64,000 bases of DNA from Thalia democratica (GCA_965202585.1 OZ241827.1:71796001-71860000), one strand, 5' to 3'; numbered from the stretch's first letter, positions 11,628 to 23,614 are shown. The notes: generated by a model not told the origin, from the letters alone. Numbers and translations: made by a program.

Positions 11628-13219
11628 TAAAGTAGTGTTAAGTAGGTTCAGCTACTAACAATTTAAAAAGTAACAGTAATTTTTTACACCAACCTAAAAC
11701 TAATAGTTTTTGGTTTTCAACTGATTCAATTAAAACAGTAATTAATACTAGAATAACAAAAAAATTACAAAAACCATAAAATTAAAAGTTAAGTAAATAA
11801 CTAAATTAAAATAAACAACACTTTCAAAATTTATAAATTAAATAAAAATTAAAAAGTTTGAAAATTAGCTAATGATATTTCAAAAGCTTCGTAACAACAA
11901 ACACGACCCACTTTCCCGTTGAAACCTGATCCCTCATGACTCAGGAGAAAACTGTCGTGCACAAAGTTGCACCTCTGCACCAACGTCCTCACCGACTTGT
12001 CATAATTACACGATTGTGACATCATAAGCGCTATCGTCGATGACGTGATCACCGCGCTGTTGCTGTCGTTGTCCGATGACGTCGGGTTCAATCTGTGAAA
12101 AATTTTGTTATTATTTAATTAATGAAATACATATTTTGTAACAATATATATCTTGAACTAAAAAACTAGGGTAACATTCGAGTGTGATACAAAGTTTTTG
12201 TTTGAATCAATTTTTGCAAGTTGGAAATTTTATACTTAAAAGTACTTGATTTAAAACAAAGAGTTGATCATGCCAACTCGATCATCAGACTACAAGCTTT
12301 CCTATAATCGGATTGGCATGAGCAATCCTCTGTAAAACTTGAGCTTGTCTCACGGCATACGAAAGTCCAGGCTTCTACTCTGCAGACTTTCGCTGATGAT
12401 TTTGTTATTTAAAAACAATTGAGAAATGCTACATAGGGAACATTGTTATGTGAGCTTTTAATAAACAAGGCAAATTGTGAAAAGGAGTATGATGAGACAT
12501 CAATGTTTGGTAAAAAAGGAGTTATAAAAAATTAATTTGATAAAAATGGAATAGCTATCTACTGAACAAACGGTTTATTTGTAAGCAAAAGGATTTAGAT
12601 TATTATATTGTTTTGATAAACAAAAAAATCATTTTTTAACCTTTTAATTGATTCTGATACTTAATTACGACTCTGTTTACCATCTTCTTGTTTTTATGTT
12701 TTAAATAGTCAAGTTATTGTATCATGGATCTCATTGGATATTTTTAATATCAATTTCAAAAGTTGTCCATTTTATGTCGTATCATTATCCCACTCTAACT
12801 AAATTAAAAATTAGTATCAAAAAATGTTAAATGCAATTAGAAAATTGATAAATAAGTAATATTTGTCTTGTTCTTAAACTACTTCTACTTATACAAACTA
12901 ATTGCTAAACATAATGACTGCCTGTAAATTAGTAAAACAATGCAAATGTGCAGAATATGTAAACTAACTGTAAATTTTGTAAATTTATAATATTATACTT
13001 AAACTTTAACTACAGGCTACCCATTAAGTAAAAAAAAGTATATATAAACTAAAAAAAGTTTGTTAAATTTAAATAACCACAGTCAATACAGACATAACAT
13101 CACTTAAACGGCCGTAACAAACAAAACTGTTAAAACGTTTAATTCGAGTGTTTAAATAATTAATATTGGAAAATGACGTGAATTCAAAACTTAAACCAAT
13201 ATAATCTTCCTAAGTGTTT

Positions 13220-13775
13220 ATGATTTCCAAACTGCGTAAATTATTCACAAGAGTTTGTGAGTTCACTCATACGTAGAAGTACCAGAAAAATTTAAAATAA
13301 TCAACATAAATTAAACACAATTGACTTATTTTTCTGTTGTTCACTTTATTTATAATTTACATTGAGAAATAAAATGCTTAGTCTTTCAACTAATCGTAAT
13401 GTTCAATTGACATATATTCTACACTGCAATAAATCTAACATTTAAAGTTTATATTTTTAAAACTACATAAACAATTAACATTTTTTCGAAAATAAAAAAC
13501 TTAATTTGATCAATTTTTGAAGTATGGTACATTGCAAACATCATGCTTTAAACTTTTTTTATATTTTTTCAAATGACGTAAGTTTGAATATGAAATCATA
13601 TGACTTTTCTATTTTTATTATTAAAGTATATGTAGAATTTTTTCAACCCTAATTTCTAATTATACTAAGACGTTAAAAAACCATTTAGACATTTGATGAA
13701 AATGAAATTTCAGACACTTCATTCAGACATAATGAATATGATGAGTTTGGCTGGAGTTCAATTAAACAATTTTGA
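13220..13775 (+). CDS. Candidate nested antisense two-exon small ORF (~39 aa), copy A: [11 protein letters not shown]|[28 protein letters not shown]
   Basis: Exons 13220-13252 and 13689-13775. There is an in-frame stop just upstream of the ATG, a GT donor and a TTTAG acceptor. The sequence is nearly identical to 47284-47873 with one synonymous (TCC/TCA) and one F/I change, and identity falls right after TGA. Confidence 0.55.
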
Positions 13776-15348
13776 CTCAGCACTTTTCTATATTATATAC
13801 ACTAATTAGTCTAAGCTTTATAAACCAGATATATGCTTTTATATGAATCTTATTTATTTAATTAATTATATCACACATAAAATTTTTAATATGTCAAAAC
13901 TGTTATTTGTTATAAAACATTAATTGAGACAATATTTTATTAAATACATTTATCATTGGGGTAGTCTGTGACATGCTAGTATATTTTTGCTTTAAAAGTC
14001 ATAAAAAAATTCAACCGGGAATTTTAAGCTTAGATTCAAAACAATTTTTAATTTTATTGACAATTAGTTCTAATTTGCAGACAGTTCATCTTAATGATTT
14101 CACGAACAAGTAAACAACTAAATAATCCAGGAACGAGAAATCTAATATAAAAAATGTGAAAGATTTTTAAAAACAAATCTATTGTGTTTCCAAACAAGAC
14201 TTTGATAGAAGTTATACAGGATAAAAATTTCGACAAAATATATAGTAATTTAGATTTTAGAAACTAAAAAATAATAATAATCCAAACAGAGTTATCAATT
14301 CAAAAATTTTATGTTTAAGATTTTACCCTACTGAAAACAATTTAAATTTTTTTGATAAACCAAAACATATAGAATGACATCAAGACAAAATTTAAATGTT
14401 TATGATCTGAATAAAACATGAATAATTAAACTACTTATTTCAGTAATCACAAACAATAATAAAAGTATTAGACAGCCTAAAAGTTATGCTTAAGGATTCA
14501 TTTTAAAATTATAAACAAGCTTCATGATAAACAAAATTGAAATTTTTAAAATATGAAAACAATATGAATTATTAAGTAGATTTTAATAATCCTGACGTCA
14601 AGAAGCAAAATTTTAATTTTGAGACGACCAACAGACATACAATCATTAAAAGTTTATTTTCAAATTTTCATTAATAATTTTGTTCAAATGACAGAAATTT
14701 GACTTTGATGTTTTTAAATTTACATCTTCTCAGACACATAGTACACTATTTCTCCATCAATCATCACATTTAACTGACATATCCTTGACTATCTATTGAA
14801 TCAAAAAGTTTAATGCTGTGATTTTACTAAAACCAGAATTGAAAAGGTTGTATTTTTTGGAAATTTTTTAAATACAACTAAAAGTTTTGTCATTACAGTT
14901 AATCCATAAAATAAAGGTAAAAATATATAACATTAACAACAGTTTATACAACTAAAATTCTAATCAAAGTCTAGTAAACATAATTACCATTCACTTCGCA
15001 AAAAATTAATGAGATAAATTTCTATATAATATTTAAATATCAGTTTGGAAAATCATTGCCAAAGATTTCAAACCCAAATAAAGTCTTAATAACAACTTTA
15101 GAAACAACATTTAAATAATGAGGCATATAAACAAAGTTTTTATACTTAACTAACAAGGACGAAACCCGACTCTCACCCTACAAAGAGACATTGCGATCTT
15201 ATGATCAAAACTTGTTGTTACATTCAACTGACATTCAAAAAGAATCAAACCTGAATGTCACTGTTTGTAATTTCAAAACCACATAAATTATTCAAACTTT
15301 TTAAAAATAATTACAATTGAAGTCTGAGACATCGAGGAAGACAACAAT

Positions 15349-15450
15349 TGACATTTCAAACAAACTATTTAGACAGATGACATTTCAAACAAGCCACGTA
15401 GACAGATGACATTTCAAACAAACTATTTAGATAGATGACATTTCAAACAA
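15349..15450 (+). repeat. 29-bp tandem array, 4 units (core TGACATTTCAAACAA)
   Basis: Cores at 15349, 15378, 15407 and 15436 with alternating linkers ACTATTT / GCCACGT. Confidence 0.9.
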
Positions 15451-18400
15451 CAAGAAATAAACTGAAAGAATAAACAACAAACAAAATTTAATAAAAAACA
15501 AACAGGAGATAGACAGTAGATCGATATTCTTGTGTTTGCTTTCAATACGAGAGCTTAATCCTCATACTCGAGCAGACAAATGCCAGTGGAAGATTTATGA
15601 AGTAAATAAAATCATAAAATGATATAAATATTTTTATTTGTCTGGAATAACTGCTGATTTAGAGTATAGAGATTTTTTAACAAAATCATTTAAAATTACA
15701 CTATTTTATCAAAGTTATAATGAACAATCGCTTAAATTTATAAACTGAACAAACCACTTGTTATTAAGCTAGTATTAATCATTGTATAACTCTTTATTGT
15801 TTTTTTTTACAAGTTTTTATTTAAACATTAAATTCAATTTAAAAAAACAAACAAAGAAGGTTAAAAAAGTTATATATAAAAATTATGCTTGAAAAGGATG
15901 GACTAGTTTTGTGTTGTTTAAAAAACGTTACTGATCAAACAAAATGTTTGAAACTAAAAAATTACAAACATTCATAGTCTTAGGTATACATTATAAGATT
16001 AAATGAAATAATAGTTAAAAACAACAAAATATATGCTTGAAAAAAAAAAGTGGTTTTAACACTTTTTTTTAAACAGGCGCTGTTTATTAACATTTTTTGA
16101 CTACTAAAAAGTATTAATAAACAGCTGTTTAAATTGATAAATTAAGTAAAGCATACTTGTAATAAAATAAGTAATTTACCTATATCAAAACTATTTTTAT
16201 TAATTTTTCTACAAGTTTTTAGCCAACGTCAGCCAAAAGTTTTTATAAGGAAAAAAATTTTGAAAAAAATATTTTTTTTTAGGTAATTATGAATCAAACA
16301 AAACATTATGTGCAAATACGATTAAAATTAAGTAAAAACATGTTTTTTAATATTACATTAGTTTCAAAACTTCTAGCTATATGTAGCTGAAAGCACTTTT
16401 ACAAAGTATTTAATATAGATTTATAAACTATACAAAAAGCATGCATATATGTAAACACGGTTTGGAAAAACACATAATTTGAAATAAAAAGTTTTCAATC
16501 AAACTTTTGTTGCTTTGGTAAAGAAATTTTAGAGCTATAAATAAGTTTTATGAGTTGGAACAAAAGAATATTATTTGAATATAACATATTATATTTTCAC
16601 ATTAAAGATTTTTACGTTTCTAATAAACATTTTTTCAAATTGAACAGACTATTTATAAACTTGTAATATTATAATTAAAAAAAAAGCTTTTAAGTACAAC
16701 TAGTTTATTAGGTATAAATAAAAAACATAATATTTATCTAAATTATCAGGTTTGTTTGTATAAACATAAGTGTATCAGTAACTTTTGGTAATTTTGCTTG
16801 GAACTAATTACTAACTACTTATGGTTGATAATATAAAAATGCAAAAATAGGCACACTTTGAATTTTGTGAAAAAAAAAAAAAAAATTGTTGTAATAAGGT
16901 CCGGTTTTCAAATAAAAAAAATACTTAACTGCTTTGAAATCTGTTCATTCGGTTAGTTTAAACTAAAATTACAATAAAGAATATTTTTACGTTATAGTTT
17001 TTTTCAATATTTATTATCAAAAGCTTTTAGAGATTGTAAAACTTTTTTAGGTCAAAAATATTTATAAAATAAAACAATTAAATTATACCCGTAGTTTTTC
17101 ATATAATATCAAATAAATGTCAAAGTAACTTTTTCTAATTGAACAGTCAACAACTCTTAGTTTTTTTTTTCAATAAAATACTAAAAATTTCTATTAAAAA
17201 AATATACATCGACTTAAACTAATTAAAAGACCAAAAGTATATAGATCTTCTTTATTTGAAATTACTAAAATACTAAGTAAGTAAAACAAAACAAACATTG
17301 TAAACATAAAGCATTAATATTGATTAGCGTTGTCATTTATAAATAATATTTTATTTCAAAATCTAGTAAAACGTATATAATCGCAATAATATACAAAAAA
17401 GATTAAGTCCAAAAAACTTATTTTGTTTAAAGAAAAGTTTATACTAATACAAAAAGTTGGTATAATTAAATACTTAAGTAAATTTATCAAAGATATTCAA
17501 TTCAATACATTTTACCCAATAATGTACAATTACACTTTTTTTAATATAAAACAAATAATATTTTTTTACCTAAGAAACAAATTATGCGCCAAACATTTAA
17601 TTTCAAATTTGTTTGTCAAATTTGTTCAAAACTAAAGTAAAACAAAAACTCTTATCTAAAAAGCGTTAGGATTTTGTGAGTGATATAGTGTCTAAAAAAA
17701 AATAAATCTAGGGCTAAAGTAACTGTTGGTCAAAACTGATATTTCAAGTATAAATCGATAACAATGAAAATAAATGGGTTTTACTTTAAGCTGAATCAAT
17801 ATCTTTTTTACGTAAACCAAGTGTGCTTGATACATTTTGAAAAAGATGAGTATTAGCATTCAAGTTACCTTTTCGTAATGTTTGATTACGACTAAAATAG
17901 TTTAAAAGTTTAAAATAAGGTTCCCATAAAAATTAACTTACGAAATTTCCTGTGACTAAAGTTAATTTAACATTAATTAAAAAATAATAATTTCAATCTA
18001 CTTTAAAAAACTAAAATCTTTATAACAGTAGTATTAAAATTATTTAGAAATGCTAACAAACCTAGTATACACATGTTTTTTATTTTATTTTTTATAATTT
18101 GAATAAGATTGGTTTCAATAGTATTAAAAAAATTTTGGAAAAAACTACGACATAAATAGATAAAATAACTGCAATTTAACAACACAAGTTAACATATTTA
18201 TAATTAGTGTGTTTATTTTTTTTAATAATCTTGATGTTTTAGTATGCTACATAAGATTGCTTGATTTCTTTATAAAATTTGATTAAGTTTAGTTAAAATA
18301 GATTACTTATATAAAGGATAACCATGAAGTTTTAACTGATTATTTTTACATGCAATGACTAATCTTAATTCAAAATAGGTAAATGTTATTCTTAACTTAA

Positions 18401-21400
18401 AACTATCAAAATAAATATCTACTAAACAGTTGATAATAAGATTATACCGAAATATGATCAAATAATAATTTCTGTATTGTAATTTACACAAACGTTAATT
18501 ACAGATAAATTTTTATATTTTTCTGTGGCTTGAAAATTCTACAAATGGTATTAAAACTTGTAGTGTAAGTTTTAATAATAATTAAATGTTTAATATTTAA
18601 AATATAATTGCAGTTTCAGACAATAATCGTTGCACAACGTTTCACAAGATTTTTTGTTTAGTTTTTGAAAATATTTTGCTATGCATAATAAATTAACATC
18701 CCTAATTTTAATTTGGACTAGTTAAATCTATTGCCTTTTAAAAAGCTTTTGTGACTTGCTTCAATTAAAACAAAAAAATATTCATGCAATACGATTAATA
18801 AATTTTACATCTGAAATATAAAATTAAAATAATATATATCTAATATAAGTTCTGTGAACAGTTTTAAATTTATGTAATTTTCAAAGTTATTTGGCTAAAG
18901 TTTAAAAACTTAAACTCTTTATTTGTTAGCTTCAATTGGTTAATATATGATTCCTAACAAACAGCCTCCATGGCTTGTTGAAAACCTTAATTAGAACCGA
19001 AACAAAAAAAAAAGTTAATAATTAACAAAATCTATCACATTTATAACTAAATTCTAAATGAATATTAATTTATTGTAAGAAAATTATTGAGTATAACAAC
19101 AAATAAAACAACAAACCTGTTAAGGAGATTGTACGACTTGTTAACCACGTTGCTGGGACACGAAACAAGTCTGAAAGCGATTTGATTGGCTGCTCGCTTG
19201 TAATGGCGGGAAATTACTTGCTCGAATGTGCACTGAAGCGTGTTGACGTCGTTCTGTCGTTAATTAATGATGATTTTGGCGGGAAGCAATAGTTATTTTT
19301 ATTGGTGTTTATCATTACCTTCCAATTGAAGAACAATTTTTAATCATTTTATTTAAAGTTTGCTTTAATTTCGTTATTAAATAAGTTTTAAAATAAATTT
19401 CATATTAAAAAACAACTTAAGGTTTACTAAAAAAAAAATAACTATTAAGATAGGTAGACATTTTAGTTGTTTTTAAATAATATTTCAAGTATTTATACTA
19501 TTAAAGCATTTTATTAAACATTTTAAAAGATTTGCTAAAAACAGGTTTTAGTTTATTATAGCTTTATTGGTCTTTATTCTAAACATTGTTTTCCAAAGTC
19601 AATAGTTTAATAGTTATATGTTATCTCTAATTATCTTTATCCATTAATTTTTAATTCGCTGTGAAATCTAATTTGATATACAACAAAGCTTTAAAGATTA
19701 ATTACTACACTAAGACTCAATACTTTTATTGCAACAAACACTTACTAGTATTATTTTTGATAAACAGCACTTTTCTTTTTCTTTTTAATTTTAAGCTAAA
19801 GTAATTAGCTTAGCAAAGCTGTAAAAATTAAACTCAAACGTATGAATGTAGTTTTAATTTAAAGTAAAAGCTTTCGAAAAAATCATTTTACTTTAATATA
19901 CAAGAATTTCAATTAAGACACATAATGTTTTATAATAAAAAATAACCAGAAAGCAAAATAAAAATTTAAAGTTTTTAAAATACTTGAAACTTATAACTGT
20001 TAAAACTTTTTTATCTACCAGCAATTAATAAAAGCATGAATTTAAATTTGTAAATATTAAGTAAATACTTGAAGTTAACGACCATAAAAAATAAATAAAT
20101 CATATCATTCTAAAACTTTTTTGTTATATAAACTCTATACTAACATTCCATATTAAAAAACTAGAATATTTACAGGTCGATGTTTTCTAATTATTTAATC
20201 TTATATAGCTTATTTAACCTAATATATAATAATAAACCAACATGTCTACAACTGGAAGTTTTCGAATTATTTTCGTTTTCAGGTGTAGGCCTCCCATTAC
20301 CCCCATGTAAAACCAATACTAGTACAGAATATCTGCATTTTTTATCTGAATTTTCTGCCTAAAAATAAAATATATAAATATACCAAGAAGAAAAATACAT
20401 AAGTTGTACAATTTTTCAAACTAGAAGTAAACAGTATTGTTTAATAAAAAACTATTATTTAAAGTAAATTTTTCATATACAATTACCTGTTCTGTTTGAT
20501 AATTTTTTACATTGTATCGGCTCTTTTTAGACAGAACCTTAAAATAATAATTTGTTACTAAAACTAAAACATAAATTAACTTATAAGACTGCTTATTTAA
20601 GCTAAAACAAAATTATGCACTATTAGTCTATAACTTTTAACAACTTAATTGTATAACTACTTTTCAATAACAAAACATATTTATTAAAAGCTTAAATTTT
20701 TATTATTAAAATATATTTATTACTTCATACTTGAGATTTGCGGTTGTAGTATAACAAAACATTATTTAAGGGCACTTAAACATTTTTAGATAAACTAAAA
20801 CAACAACTATAAGTAGAAAAAAATTAGTTAAATATGTTTTCAGTTTAGACAAACAACTACAAGTTTTAGCTAACTTTTTTTATAAGCAAATTTTGCTAAT
20901 TTGCTTTATTATTCTTTTAACACAGTATTACAAAACAAACTTTGTTCATTTGACGCACAGCAAGATTTATTTTCATCGTCACTTATGTAAGGTGATTCAT
21001 CTGTAATAAAAATAAGTTTTAGTTCATATAAAAGTTTATTAAACTTGTCATGAGTTTTATAAATTCTTCTTGTTCTACTAAAACTTTTTAGCTAATTTTT
21101 ACAAAAATTTTTTTGAATCAAGTTTATTTTAAATTCATTAATTTTTATATCAATACTTCAATTGTGATAAACATGTCTTTATCTTAGTCATAAAAAGTGA
21201 TAAACTATATGGAACGAAGCTAGTAAAGTACAAATTTTGAAACAGTTTAATTAGTAAATTCCAATATTTCTTTAGATCTAATTATCTAACTGTAAAGTTT
21301 GTAAGATCAAAAAATATTAAACTGCTCATAAATAATTTTAAAGTTTGAACTATTACAAAATACTTGAAGGTAATCATTTAAGTAATTTTTCGCTTGTATT

Positions 21401-21887
21401 TTGTAAATACTTACTTTAGAATATTGCTTTGTTGTTAAACTTGCATAAAATATTTTTATGATCTCTAAAGTGGTAATTTAAATGAAAACATTTTATCACA
21501 TTAACTTGTAAAATTTTCAATCACATAAATTAATTTTCAAGGTTTTTGTAAAGCTTTGTAATTTCATATCTAAACTTTCCAGCTCATTAATAAGAAAAAA
21601 AAGAACTTTTTTTTTATTTAATTGCAGAAACTTTACGTTTATTTTAAAGTAATTTAAAACTTCAAATAGGCATTTAAGGAGACAGGTTGTATAGACTGTT
21701 CTATCTATAAGCACTTTGTGTATTAATTTAATGATTAATTTGGTTGTAAAACGGTTATGTTGAATGTAATCTAATTAAATACGTATTTTATGTAGTAGTT
21801 TATACTTTTGGTAGTATTTATTATTTAAGACAAGTTAGTTAAATAAAGCAATTTCAAGCGCAAAAAAACAAGTAAGTAAAAGAAAGT

Positions 21888-22116
21888 ATTTAAACGCATA
21901 ACAGATGTATAAAAAACTCTCTCAAGTTTTTCTGTGGTAGTTTAATATGCATTTCACTACTTTTCGTCAGAACCTAACAGAAGAACAAATTTAAAACTAT
22001 GAATAGTTTTATTACTAAAAATACCAAAAGTTAAAACTAACAAAGTAATTAGCGCATATTAAACTATCACAGAAAAACTTAGGAGAGTGTTTTATATATT
22101 TGTTATGCATTCAAAT
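21888..22116. mobile_element. MITE / foldback element with ~63-bp terminal inverted repeats
   Basis: 21888-21950 is the reverse complement of 22054-22116 with scattered mismatches. Confidence 0.75.
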
Positions 22117-23614
22117 TAATTAGCTAACAATGTTTGAAGTTTAAAAAAAGTATTGTAACTTTTTAAAATAGCTTTACTAAAAATCTTAGTTATTAAATAA
22201 AAAATCACTAATGTTTCTTACTTTTTTAATAAAACAATGTTTAGAAACAAAATAAAGCAAAGAGTGGTAAAATAAAAGTTTTAGTTATTAAATGACAAAT
22301 TAAACTAGAATAGAACAATACATTAACAAAAAGTAAAAATCTTACATATCAAAATACTTTTTAAAATGTAGACTTTTTAATGTTGAAAAGAAAAAGTTTT
22401 TTTATCTGGAAAATAAAACCTACATACTTGGTTAAAAATAAAATTTAGTTGCAAATTTTGACAAACTTAACTAATTTGAAGTGAAATTAAACTAACCAAA
22501 ACGATTTATTACCCAATCGGTAAAAACTTATTGTTAATTCATAAAAATAACTTATAATAAAAAATAAAATGAAAACACAGACTTTGGTAGCAAACACATT
22601 ATGTATTTATTTTGACAACTGACTTTTATAAACTTAAAAACAAGTGTTAAATTCCAGCAGCTATATTTAGACATTGTTTTTGTGTTTTTATGATAAAAAG
22701 AAAGCTTATGATGTGTAAAACAAAAACATAAAAATAAATAATCTCCAAATCTGTGAAATTGCACGAATTAAAAAATTATTTGATTTAGAACTATTTTTGT
22801 TGTGATACATTTGTATTTATATAATGAACAGAAGTATAAGTTTAATAATATTTCATTTATGTATTATTAATCCTAATAAGTATTTTGAAAAAAAAAAACT
22901 AAACAAATCCATTACAGAATAAAAACATGGATTTCAAGAAAAAAATATAACTTAAAGTGTAGAAGAAATTAAAAGATTGTCACACAAATTATTAAACAGT
23001 TTTATAATTTGTAGGAAAGGCTAGAAAATAAAATTCTTTAAATTTCGTAAAAAAGAACTGTTTATAAATTTTTATCCAAAATGGATTACGTAATTATTCT
23101 TTTAAAAACAAAACTTTTGGATTATTAAAACATTATAATATAAAAATCTTGAAAATATTATTTATAAAGGGCAGTGGTCTATTAGAAATATATAAATTTT
23201 TTAATCAGTGGTCTTTTTTGCTTTTCTTTCTGTTTGTATTCCTAAATGATCTTTTTCCAAATATTTCCTGATGAAAATATAAATGTTTCGTTAAAATGTC
23301 TTGTTTTAATTTCAAAATTATGGGTAACTTAATCATTATTATTATTAAATAGTTTTTTAGTTACGAAAACCATTAAAATTAATTTCACAAGTTTTTAATT
23401 TAGCAATAGAAAAAAGTTTATTTTAAAAGGTAGTTGAAATACTAAAAACACAACTGTATAAAAAAACTATTCGTATTTGCAATTGTTTAATTTATAAAGA
23501 AGAAACCAATATGCTAAAGATATTATTTAATTTTGACAAAAGTATATGTTGTTACAACACAAAATGTATATTATTTATACAAAATATTTACTTAAACTCT
23601 TCTAAATTTTTAAT

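Larger units (their letters stand above)
1..21345 (-). pseudogene. Partial tandem duplicate of rdgB (copy A, exons ~9/10-21), disabled as assembled; continues beyond the left edge
   Basis: Colinear with ~32482-57480. Exon copies: E10 20941-21000; E11 20487-20537 (TAA at 20527-20529, +1 nt); E12 20242-20358; E13 19117-19253; E14 11912-12092; E15 11045-11137; E16 9904-10140; E17 9509-9662; E18 8728-8868 (-1 nt); E19 5232-5308; E20 3404-3501 (-1 nt); E21 2683-2775. E22 is absent at ~197-220. Confidence 0.8.

Noticed and set aside
15349-15450. Repeat-spacer appearance of the 29-bp array (CRISPR-like)
   Set aside because: The linkers are only ~7 nt and themselves repeat, the context is a spliceosomal intron, and there are no cas genes; it is a minisatellite.
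20180-20362. Plus-strand ORFs 20180-20362 and 55835-56023
   Set aside because: Antisense to exon 12 and its tandem donor repeats; the two ORFs are not equivalent beyond the exon
20527-20529. In-frame TAA aligned to TAC (possible stop-codon reassignment)
   Set aside because: The intact gene has no internal stops over ~1188 codons and ends with TAA. The same exon copy also has a frameshift, so this is decay or error.
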